A DNA stretch of 64,000 nt from Balamuthia mandrillaris. Its lineage: Eukaryota. The notes under the pieces were generated by a model. It was not told the origin of the DNA. It saw only the letters and a list, made by a program, of their open reading frames with translations, and searched no databases. The DNA lies in the NCBI GenBank assembly GCA_031835245.2, contig JAVKOQ020000050.1, positions 186,001 to 250,000 of the forward strand, written 5' to 3'. Each line of letters begins with the position of its first letter. The first letter of the stretch is position 1. This document shows, one piece after another, positions 47,246 through 58,924 of this stretch. The position numbers and the translations under genes are program-made.

Positions 47246-48510
47246 ATAAAAGGTCGAAGAAGAAGAGACGTTCACGAAGAAGAAGAAGAAGAAGAAGAAG
47301 AAGAAGAAGAAGAAGAAGAAGAAGAAGAAGAAGAAGAAGAAGAAGAAGAAGAAGAAGAAGAAGAAGAAGAAGAAGAAGAAGAAGAAGAAGAAGAAGAAGA
47401 AGAAGAAGAACAAGAAGAAGAAGAAGAACAAGAAGAAGAAGAAGAAGAACAACAACAAAAGATGTAATATTAGAAAGAAGAAGAAGAAGAAGAAGAAGAA
47501 GAAGAAGAAGAAGAACAAGAACAAGAACAAGAACAAGAACAAGAACAAGAACAAGAACAAGAACAAGAAGAAGAACAAGAAGAAGAACAACAACAAGAAC
47601 AAGAACAAGAACAAGAACAAGAAGGCCAAGAAGCGCAAGAAGAAATAGCAGCAATAGATAAACAAGAGAAAGACGAATAAACCATCGTTGTCTGTGATTT
47701 GGGCATCGGCGCCATGTCTCAAAAGCAGTTTTGCAATCTCGGTATGCCGAGAGAGGGTAGCCAAGTGAAGTGGTGTTTGACCAGCAGCTGTGCTCTTCAG
47801 GTTTACATCCATTCGCTTCTGCAGCAAGTAACGCACGACCTCGGTGTGCCCATTCGTGCTCGCTGATTATCACATAAAACACATAAAGTGTCAGACAACA
47901 GAAAAGAAAAGACAATCAAAGTGTTGAGAACAAGTATGAAGCATAGGAAAGGTGTACCTAAATGCAAAGCAGAATATCCAAACTCATCTCTTTGCGTGAG
48001 GCAAGCGCGTAGACCCTGCCGAGATACAACAGCTTTAACTCTAGAGAGGTTGCCATTACGAACGGCGTTAAATAGGTCTGGTGATGAGGTTGTCGTTGCC
48101 GCCGTAGCAGTAGTTGTTGTTGTTGTTGTTGCAGTTGACCTGTAGGGAGAAGTGGAGGCGGAGGAGGTGGAGGAGGAGGAGGAAGAAGAAGAAGAAGAAG
48201 TGTTTGAAGAAGAATACGCAGAGCTGTAATAGGAGGACCAAGAAGGATAGGATTGAGGAGGAATGGCAGCTGCCACCCGAGTGTTCGTGAAATCCCTGCC
48301 TTGAGCTTGCTTCCTGTATACATAGTGAGGAGTACGTGTCACTGCAAAGCCAAGAAGAAGAGAGTGGAAGGAGAGAACTAGATAGCTAACGGAAAGAAGA
48401 AGAAGAAAGAAAAAAAGAACAGGAGGGAAGAAAGGACGAGATGAGAGAAACATGGAGAGAGAAACGTACTCGGCAAGTATTCTGGCCACTGCTTCTACGC
48501 GCTGGTCCAT
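46062..48510 (-). CDS. Ankyrin-repeat protein with C-terminal RING-HC (probable E3 ligase), multi-exon
   Basis: LFNAVRNG, GYSALHL, GQTPLHLA, GNNALEYA; coiled coil, then CRICMDERID/VLLWCGHNVLCQKC...CPIC. Confidence 0.88.
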
Positions 48511-48596
48511 GGTTTTGTAGCTAGGGTTGGCGGAAGCGGTTTGCGTGAGAAAAACAAAGAAGACCGGTTATAAGACGACGTTATATAAGGTGAAGC

Positions 48597-51500
48597 TTAC
48601 GAGGCGTAAAGAGCACCGTTTGCACGAATGGCAGACAGTTTAGTGACCAGGTCGGAGTCGCCCAACCAGGAGGAGGTTTCTGTCCTCTCCGCAAGAGCCG
48701 AAAACACGTTTCCTTTGAACAGCTGTTCAATTTCTCTTGTGCTCAGGCTACTTAGCGCATCTCGGCTCATGTTGCTCTAACCTCACCTAAGCGACAACAA
48801 CAACAAAAACCAAAGCGTTCCTTGTCGCAAAGCAAACGATGGAAAAGAAGAAGAAGAAGAAGAAGAAGCTTTGGGGACAAAAGTGGCCGTAGCGTTTCCG
48901 TTTATTTTCTTGGAGCGGTATTCGTTTTTCTTCGCAGAAAATTGTGCAGGAGAAGAGATAGGATAAGAGAGATGACGAGAGAGATGGTAAGATTATTTAT
49001 AAATCTCATCCTGGGATTTTCGGAGAGAGACACGAGAAGGCAGGCAGAAGCGAAAGTACAAGGGTCGGAAGGAGCAAGTACCAAACGAAAAAGAGCAGGT
49101 CACCCTACAATCCTTCAAAATCTTCAGCATCGCTGCTCAATTCCAAAACGGCTTCTTGTTTCTCCTTCTCCTTCGCCTTATCTTTGTCTTTTTCTGCTTT
49201 GTTACCTCCTCTTGTACTCCTTTTTCTGGTCTTGTTGCTTTTGTGTTGGTTTCCCTCTTCATCGTCCTCTTCTTCTTTGTCCTCTTTTCTCTTTCTCTTG
49301 TTGCGTGTTTTCTTTGTTCGTGCATCCTCTTTTGGCATTTGCACATAAACCGGTGGTCGTGTCTCCGCCGAGAGCATTTGCTTTGCCATCGGCCCAATCT
49401 GCATCATCAATAATTTATCCACAAAATGAAGGAAAAAAGCGAATAGAAGAACCTAAAGACACATACTCTAACTTTAGTGGTAATGCTACCATAGGGACCG
49501 GTGAAAAATGCATCCTCTGCTAAAATCTGCATCAGCAACATCTGTCGGATGAGTCGCTCTGCTACTTCTTTTTTAAGGGATTTGCCCGAGCCGTGGCCTT
49601 GCACTTTTTCGTGATGAAGCTCTCTCAACGCTTTGCTCTTGGAGCCTCTAAACACTTCTATTACATGACTCAAACTGCTTTGTTGTATTTGTTGGACTGA
49701 ATAACGAGACGTGAGAATTAAGCCAACAAGCAGTGAGGAAATGAAATATAAGACCTATTCGAAGTATGCTTAACGCATAGTCTGTCATGTCAACGTTCTT
49801 CCATTCTTTACCATGAATACAATTGTCGCAATGGTTGTTACAATCTTCTGTTGCAAATGTTTCTCCAAAGTACTCAAATGCGATGAAGGCACAATAACCG
49901 AAGCGTACACTTAGCAAAGCACATAATGAAGAGGAAGCAATCAAAAGACAAAAAGAAAGAAGAAATAAAGAGGATCAAAGCAGGGTAAAACAAACTTTGA
50001 GTGCGGACACCCTGCGACAGCTAATCTTGTCCTCGCAGAAAGAGACCATAGCCAGCAATTGTTCAAGGTTAGCCTTGCGCTGGACCCCTTCAGAGATTAA
50101 GGCTTGGTTCCTTCCTTTGTCGGAATAGCTGTAATACAACAAGCAATGCGCTGTTTTGCCATCTCTGCCTGCTCTTCCTGACTCCTGCCATGAACCGTAA
50201 GAACATCGTGGGGGGCAAGGTAAGATCAGTACCTGGTAATATTCTTCAATGGATTTTGGCATTGAGGTGTGAATAACGTATCGAACATCTTGCTTATCAA
50301 TACCTATTTCACAGGGTGAATGATGTTAATGAAGAACGGTACTAACGCTAAGTTTTGATAATGTACAAACCAATTCCAAAAGCTACAGTGGCTACAATGA
50401 TATCAATATCGCCTCTAAGCCAAAGGGTTTGACGTTCGTTTCTATCTTTATCGAATAAACTTGCATGGTAGTACGTTGCTCGTAGTCGATGTGTTTTCTA
50501 TTGACAAAAGAATATAAGCAGGTTAAGAGAGAGAGAGAGAGAAACAATGAAATAAGGATGAAAGAAGGACAGTGATGATGACTACCAACCGTCAAATGGT
50601 CGTATACTCGTTCACATTCGCTTCTAGAAAGGCAATATATGATGCCACTTTTTCTTGGATAGTTTTGCTTGATGAATGTCGCAATATCTTCCAATGCTTT
50701 TTTGTCTTTGTGCCGAACTTCATAACTAAACATTGGGAACATATATTAACGAAAGAACAATAAACAGAAGAGAACGAAGGTGAAGAATGCTGGAAATAGA
50801 AGGGATTAGAAGCAGAAACAGCATTTAAGAATTACAAACACGAGATTGGGGCGATTAAAGCTTTGCATGAAGAAAACAACTCGTCTCATATTCATTTGTG
50901 CTATGATGTCGTGGCGAACTTTCTCTGTCGCTGTTGCTGTCAGTGCAGAAAAACTATAGTAAAGGCCAAATAAAATCTGTAAAATAAAATTGCTGATGGA
51001 GAAAGGATTGATAGACTTAAGAAAGGATATGAGCTAGTATGGGGACCTCCGAAAAGTGACGCCGCAACAATTTTAACCTCTTTGAACAAGAATAGAAATG
51101 GAATTTAACAAGGCAAAGTAATACGGTAGTAATTGATACAAACAACTTACCAAATAATCTGGACGAAAGTCATGACCCCACTGCGAAATGCAATGCGCCT
51201 CATCGATAACGATTCTTGCCAGACGGCCTTTCTCGTAGACTTGCTGAATAATGTCCATCAACTTCTCGCTCTGTGATACTCGTTCTGGTGTTACGTACAA
51301 CAACTTGGTCTGAGATTCTTCTGAAAGAATGTCTATTAAGAGAAAAGTTTGTGTTGTGTTCGTTTGGTTAGCATACAAAATTAACATGCAACAAGAAGAG
51401 AACCTTGGTACACTTGATTTACATCTCCTTTGCTCATATCGGAGCTGAGGTGTTGTGTTTTTATCCCGAGCTTAGTAAGAGCAACGACTTGGTTGTGAAT

Positions 51501-52353
51501 TAATGATATCAGCGGGCTTATAACCAAGCTTATTCCTTCTTGGCACGTTGCTGGCAGCTGCAAATTCGGTCAACGGATATCCAACACAGGCCACAAAAAG
51601 CAAGAAGTAGACAAAGAAATGACAAGAAGAAGAAGAAGAAGAAGAAGAAGAAGAAGAAGAAGAAGAAGAACAAGAACAAGAAGAAGAAGAACAAGAAGAA
51701 GAACAAGAAGAACAAGAACAAGAACAAGAACAAGAACAAGAACAAGAACAAGAACAAGAACAAGAACAAGAACAAGAACAAGACAGAACCGAATCAAAAG
51801 AACAAGGAGAAAGCAAAACCTGGTAACAGAGACTTTTGCCAGCACCAGTGGGCATCAGGGCAAGGCAGTCCCTGTTGGACATAGTGACGTTGATAATCTC
51901 CCTTTGAAAGGATCGAAACTCAGCGTTGCCGAAGAGGTGATTGTTGGCCGCACGGATGGAGGCCTCCCACTCAAACTCTTGCGACCATTGGTTGCGGCTG
52001 GCAGTGGTAGCATCGAGGGAGAGGCCTTCGTCAGCTATCGTTTCTTCGATTAGGTTGTCAAACTGTGGCTCATTCTCCTCCTCCACCAGTAGATATTCCT
52101 CTTCATCCTCTTCTTCTCCTTGTTCTCCATCCGAAAGCACGATGAGACCAGATGACGATGAAGCAGCGCTACTCTGGAGGGTAGTGGTGGAGCTACCGGT
52201 GGAAGCTATGTGAAGCGCTGACTCGAGCTGCTCGATCCGTTGTAACTGTTCGCCTCTGTCTTCTTTCAGCTGTATGACCTCAGCTTGCAGCAACGCGTTT
52301 TGTTCTTCAAGCTGTTTGACTTTATTTTCTAGCTTCGCTAGTCGTTCTTCCAT
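48597..52353 (-). CDS. RECQ: RecQ-family DNA helicase (BLM/RECQL-like), multi-exon
   Basis: MPTGAGKSLCYQ, LLYVTPE, IDEAHCISQWGHDFRPDY, SGIIYCLSR, ATVAFG, QESGRAGRDG, RQC CRR...CDNC; 3' exons inferred. Confidence 0.92.
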
Positions 52354-52477
52354 GTTCTTGTCTCTCTCTTTCTTTTTGTTTGTTTAAAAAATGAAAATTG
52401 AAATTCCAGGAATAATTTAGCTGGATAAATGTTTTTTTTTGTGTTGCGTTGAAAAAAAATACAAAAAATGTAGCGAA

Positions 52478-52525
<48 letters not shown>

Positions 52526-52532
52526 TTCACAA

Positions 52533-53535
52533 TCAGAAGAGAGGACGGGCCGTTGCCCATAACGAAAACAAAACGCCTCCAACAAAGTTCAAGCAAACCG
52601 GAATGGAGACCGCCAGCAACCAAGGATAGGTGGAGTGCGATACCAACCAACCCGTCAGGGAGACACCGATGACGCCAGGTAGGGCCGCCACCCCGTTGCT
52701 CAGCCCGTAGAGTATTCCAGCGTAGCTGGGAGCGATATCCGCGAGGCTTGCCTCGTAGCCGGATGTGGTTGCTCCCGCCAATCCCAATGCCACGCTTAAG
52801 CAGAGCATCGCTCCCCACGCTGTTGAGCGACTGCGGGGTTGCAAGTTTAGTAGAGCAAAACAGTAAAAGGAAAAAGGATAAAAAGGCAACAAAAAAGAAA
52901 AGCATAAAATACCTGGCCATCAACAGCATAAATAAAGCAGGCCCAAACGTGCCTATGATTTGCATTCGTTTGCGCACCCGGAGGAGCCTGTCATACCGAT
53001 CTTCAGTGGCTGCGGATGCAGCTTCATTTCTTCCGCTTGTAGAAGATAAGGAAAAACTTCGTCCAGCCGCCATCTGATCAGCCAACCAACCAAACATGTT
53101 GGTGCATGCCGACATAACCAACCAAGGAAGGGTGGCATAGGCTCCCAAGTCCTTGAAATCGACGTGCAACGCTCCTGTGAAAAACGTTGGCAGCCATGAC
53201 ATCATCACATACACTATCCAATTCCTTATTGGTTAAAAAAGAATGTTACTCTCGTTTTCATCGTCGTTGATTTCTGCTCTCTCTCTCTCTCTCTCTCTCC
53301 ACGTTTTGTTGTAATAGATGGAAACCTACCGGGAGAAATGGCATACAACAATACAAAGGAAGGCCTTTGTTTTGATGATGCTTCTCCAAGGGACCCGTTT
53401 CATGATGGATATATCAGCGTTAGACTTGGCACCCGGTAGACCTTGTTTGTCCAACGACCGTTCAATGTAATTTGCTTCTGCTGCCTCTATGCTGTATACC
53501 ATAACTAAGAAGTAAGAAAAAAAAGAAGAAATGGT

Positions 53536-53578
<43 letters not shown>

Positions 53579-54394
53579 ATCAATAAAAAGAGTAACCTTG
53601 GATGAGAGGACGGCGAGTCGGTGACAAAATGCTCCCAAACGGCTACCCAAAAGAAACCAGCCGCTCCACACCAATAGAACACCGTGCTCCAATGAAACTG
53701 TGTCATGAACCTGGGAAAGAAGAAGGAGGAGATCGCAATACCTATGATGCAACCGCTGTTGCAAAGAGCCAAGATCCGACTGCGCTCCAATGGAGGGATC
53801 CAGGTCGAGAGGAGCGTGTAGGTCGCTGGAAAGAGCACCCCTTGCAATAGGCCGGTGAAAAAACGAGCCAAAAACATGAAGAAAAACCGGCTTGTGAATA
53901 AAGGGAACAGAAGTGTGGCCAGAGACCAGCCAAGACAACCCCATGTTAGTGCCCGTTTTCCACCATGCTGTTACGGTAACGAAAGAGAAAACGAGAGACC
54001 AGAAGAAGTGGCGAGACGAGAGGTGTAAAGTAAGGCTTTGATGAGAAACAGAAAGAGAAACGACAAAGATGAAGGACAAAGGGACAAAGGGAACAATGAA
54101 GAAGAAATGTTGAAAAAGAGCTACCTTTGAAGCAAACCAACCCCCAAAAATGTTACTAAGCAGATAGCCATAAAAGAAACCAGACATAATGAGCCCCTTC
54201 TGTCCTTCTGTCCAACCCAGCTCATTTTTCATCAAGACAGCCGCCACAGTGATGTTGATACGGTCGGCATACGCTATCACCGAGACCGTAAAGAGCAGGC
54301 CTGCCAGGATTAACCGACGTGGTATGTACCAGCCAACCGACGAGGTATCCTTGGCACCCATGGGAACGTTCGTTCGGGCACCAGAAGTGAACAT
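52533..54394 (-). CDS. SLC17: MFS anion:cation symporter (SLC17/sialin-like), multi-exon
   Basis: YADRINI, GFFYGY, QGVLFPA..WIPPLERS, WLPTF, DIAPSYAG. Confidence 0.9.
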
Positions 54395-55072
54395 TGTGGA
54401 AGTAACTGCTGAAGATGACTGTCAGCAAGAGGACTTACTTGGTGGATGTAGCATTGGAGAGGAGTGAGAACCTTGTGACAAGCGTTCTTCCGTGTGAAGA
54501 TATAAGGCAGAGAAATGAAATGCACCCAAAACCAAAAAAAAAAAAAACGAAGGCAGTTGACAATAATGCCTTTCTTTTTTTTCTTTGCTTGCTGCTCTCC
54601 TCCCCTTATCTCTTTCTTTCTTTTTTGGCCAAGTTGTTACGGTGCTGCGATATTTCGATCAAATTTCGATTCACTTTGCATGAGGGTGCCTCTCGTAAAC
54701 TACACGAGGGGTCGTTATCTCGGCCAATTATCTTTTTAGGAGATGCAAACCAGAATTCGGCGGCAATCTCGCAGAAAGGCGGAAAGAGGGAGCGAGACTC
54801 CCTGTGAAACAGACACAGCCACTTCATCTTATCCCCCTGTCCGAAAATTAAAAAAGTAATAGAACAACGTTTCAATTCTTTTTTTAAGGAGAGGGCCACC
54901 AATCCTCGTTTTTCGCAAGTAAGAAAAGAAGAAGAATAAAGAATTAAAAGCTTCCCCTTACACTTGTTGATCTATATGAGCGGCGCAGAACTTCTTCAGC
55001 CAGCCTCTCCCGCATACTCGCTTTCCTCCCGTACAGCAGATAACGACCAGCCCAACGACAGTGTCTTCAGCA

Positions 55073-58000
55073 ATGACTCCGGCGATGATAACCACAGGGC
55101 AGGGGTTGCACCATAAAGGGGACCCCGCTTTACGGTTTTTCATCAAATATGGGGTCCTCTTTGTGGTGTTGGTGGCGTTTGCTTCGTTTTCGTTGCACCA
55201 ACAAATGACACAAGTGGAAGAAGAACAAGGAGGTCTGATGCAAAGACGAGATGATGCCTTTTTGCGAGCCCTTCTCAACAACAACAGCAGCAGCAGCAAC
55301 AGTAGCAGCTCTTCATCGGGAGGAGAGATCTCTTGTGCAGACTTGCACTCTTCCGCTTATCACTCGCCAGAGGCCGCTTGTGAGTTTGTGATGGAGTACT
55401 GTCCTCCAGATGGCTTTCTCAACTATCTTCGGCTGAACTACTGCATGTTTAAAGGCCGTTCCTACTACACCGGTTTCTCTTCCGTTCCCACTCCTCATCT
55501 CTTCTCCACTTTCTCTGCATTGCGCTTCACACTCTATCCTCCTCGTTCTCCTCCTCCCGTACCACTCCTTTTCTGTTCGCCTCTTCCGTATTTTTACTCA
55601 CAAAATGCCTCTCTTTTGCAGGAATGGTATTGGCCTTGTGGATATTATTTTTGTTCTATGTGTTGGGCAACACGGCGGAGGGCTTTTTCTGCCCAACGTT
55701 GGCCTGCATATCGACTGGCCTCAACTTGGCACCAGATGTGGCTGGTGTAACCATTCTTGGTAGTTCTTCTTCTTCTATGTTTTTCCTTGTTTGAGTAGCG
55801 TTGACCTTCCCGTACCCTATCCTACACCCAGCATTCGGAAATGGAGCGCCTGATCTCTTTGCAACCTACGCGGCTGTTGCTGGAGATTCCTTCAACATTG
55901 CGGTTGGTGAGCTTATTGGTGGAGGCGTCTTTGTGACTTGTTGTGTTACCGGAGCTTGTGCCCTAGCTGCCAAAGTTACACTTAAAAAGGTATTGCTTCT
56001 CTGCTCCTCTTCTTTACTTCTCTCCTCGCTTACTATTATTTCTGGTTTTATTGTTATTAGCTCCCTTTTGTTAGGGACATTTGTTTCTACCTGATTGGCT
56101 CCGTTGCAGTATTCGCAATATGCGCTGACGGAAACGTTTACTTATGGGAGAGCATTTGCCTTGTCGGGTTATATTTATGGTAATCGATGGCCTCACCTTT
56201 TTGTCCACTGGTTTTGTCTACTTACTTTTTTTTGTTGTATCGTTTTTTTTTAAAAAAAATCAAGCTACGTTTCGTTTGTAATAGGGGTTCACTTAAGAAA
56301 CGTCGTAACAGCGAAAAGATCAAAACGTAACAGGTCCATCTCTATCAACGGTGCGTTTCCTTGCTTTTTTGCTCCTTCCAGTGATTCATTCTTTTTCTTC
56401 TTGGTTTCCGCTTCATCCCGAAAATTCTTTTATTCTGCTTGAGTTTGCCTTTCACTTATCATCCTCTAATGAAATAGAAGTGGAATCACACCGATTGCTT
56501 ACAACCGGTGGCGAAGAATTAGCAAAAATCTTGAATGAAGATGAAGACTATCCCTGCGTTTACGCTTCTAAGACAGGTTTGTTCCTTAATCCACAGCGTT
56601 ACTTCTTTCCACATTAGCTCAGTATTGACGTTGTTTTTCCATTTAAACAAGGTATCTATGCACAGGTGAGTCTCAATACAGAAGTTGTAGATGAAACTAG
56701 AGTGCCGTTGTTGTGGTCGGGCGAAGAATGCTTTAGGCCTGAAGACGAAAAGGTTGGGCTACCCCATTTTTAATCTAATTTGAAACACAGTTGCGTGTTA
56801 TTGACGTCTCTCTTCCCAATAAAAAGGCTTCTGAGGTAACGTCACCCGAGTCGACAGAGCAATCCTGTTGCAATTTGAAAAGGTTTGTCCATCTTTATTA
56901 TTATTCCCTACCCACAACGCTGTATATGTGTTCTCTTTATTTCCTTCTTGGTACCTCTGTTTGTACTGATCAAATGCAGCTACTGGATGAGCTTTGTGAA
57001 AGACATAGGGTGGCGGGAAATGAACATCATGCAAAGGATTTATTTTTTCTTAAGTTCTCCAGTCGTCATTATCACTTCTTTGTGCATCCCTCTGCTTGAG
57101 GAAGAGAACTGGAAGTATCGACGTTGGGCGATTCTCGCTTGTCCCTTGTTCTCTTCTTTCCTCATTCTCACTATTGTTCACGGTTAGTGTTTTTGTTTCT
57201 CTTTTGCCCTTCTGCTTTTTCTTCTTTTTCTTCTTAAAATATTTTTGATTTACCACCAACGCTTGACCTATGAAAACAAAGATGATCTGCCATTCTCGTG
57301 GTGGGTAGGACCGGTTCCTCTATTAGCAGTAGTAGAAGCTGGAGCGTTCCTATTGACGATATTCCTGTACTTGCTACTTCCCGCTAAGGCGCCTCCCACT
57401 AGCCGTTGGAGGTATTTTATGGTGTGTTGGGCCTTTTGCGCATCCGTTGGCATTATTTGTACGTTATTATTTGTATTTCGTCTCTTTTAAGTATTATTCT
57501 CTAATGCTCATATTCTTTTAAAACATCAGATATCACGGCCGGAGAAGTTGTGAGCGTTCTTGATGTAAGTATTCTCGAGTGCTTTAAGTTTAATGTTTGA
57601 GCTCATATCGAGCGTTTTCTATTAAAAGGCTCTTGGACGGGTATGGAATATAAGTCATGCCATTCTTGGCATCACAGTATTGGCATGGGGTAACTCTATT
57701 GGTGATTTGGTTCGTCTTTTTAGCTTTGCTTGTTTCTTTGCGTTCCTTACCCTTCTATCTTTTTTGTTTTATGTCTCGCCTTTCTGTGTTCTGTTTTTTT
57801 TTTTTTCATATTCCTTTGCTTGTTCTAGGGTCTGACCACAGTTCCTCTTTCCTTCTGCTACATGACAACATACAACAGGTGAGCGATGTAGTTGTAGCTC
57901 GAAATGGCTTTCCAGGAATGGCAGTAGCGGCATGCTTTGGCGGACCATTTTTCAACCTGTTGGTTGGGTTGGGAGTCGCTTTAACGGTGGACGGCATCCG

Positions 58001-58273
58001 ACATTTTGGTAGAGAGTACACAGTGGACTTACCCAACCAAATGATTGCCTCGTTTGCTTTCCTGTGGGGGGACCTTGTGTCAACGCTGCTAGTGGTATGC
58101 TTCATTACCAAGTTTACTATCAACAAGAAATATGGTACTGTCCCTCCTTATTTATCTTGCTTTTGCCTACTAACAGGTCCATTCTTTTTTAAAAAGGTTG
58201 TTTCTTGTTGTTCTTTTATTTGTGTTTTATGGCAACAGCAGTGGGTTTGGAGATTCAGCACATCGTTGGTTGA
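55073..58273 (+). CDS. SLC8B1: Cation/Ca2+ exchanger (CCX/NCLX family), multi-exon
   Basis: Alpha-1 repeat AGVTIL/AFGNGAPDLF, alpha-2 repeat GITVLAWGNSIGD...ACFGGPFFNLLVG, N-terminal FLNYL..YC. Confidence 0.88.
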
Positions 58274-58735
58274 TCTTCTTTGCAAAAAAATGTTGATGCA
58301 TTTATGGTTGTTTCTCGGAATGGTTCAGCGCAGTCCTTCTTATGGCGGCGCAAAGATCATAAAATCTAAGGACAACAAAAAAGAAACAATGGATTAGTCT
58401 TTTGGGCCAATGAGCATGTTTCCCGCCAAAACAACCCATCCTTCTCTCATGTCTGTGAGGGCAAAGTGGTGGGTTGGGATGGAGGGAGGGGCGTGAATGG
58501 AATGATCATGCTGCGAATAAACAACTGTTGCCCGTCGTTCGCCTTGACGCTTTTCTGCTACTCGTTTTCTTTTCTTTTCTTTTCTTTTCTTTTCTTTTCC
58601 TCACGAAGAGGACGGCAAACCGTTGTTCCAGAAAAAATGTAGCGATTGAGTGGAGCAGAAGAAGAGGAGGAGGAGTAGGAGAACAAGAAGGAAGAAGATG
58701 AGGAGAAAAACCAGAAAGGATGAAAGTCTCGGTTT

Positions 58736-58873
58736 TGTGATAAGGCCGGTGAGGGAACAACCCAACGGATACCAACTCGTTGTGTGCAGGAAAAAGACCT
58801 TTAATAGAATGAAAGAAAGAAATATATATACAAGGAGAGATAGGGATAGGTATTATGGGAGAGTGGTATAACA
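58736..58873 (-). repeat. 3' LTR (138 bp)
   Basis: Starts TGTTATA directly after the PPT and ends TATCACA (6/7 terminal inverted match); contains TATATA and ATTAAA. Confidence 0.7.
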
Positions 58874-58885
58874 CTTCCCCCTCCC
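58874..58885 (-). other. Polypurine tract (PPT)
   Basis: GGGAGGGGGAAG immediately 5' of the LTR TG on the minus strand. Confidence 0.8.
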
Positions 58886-58924
58886 AGGCCAAAGTCACTC
58901 TATGATTGACTGTCAGGCCGATAA

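Noticed and set aside
54976..55116. Upstream out-of-frame ATG ORF before the exchanger
   Set aside because: Short, with no motif; the transcription start is unknown, so it cannot be supported as a regulatory uORF
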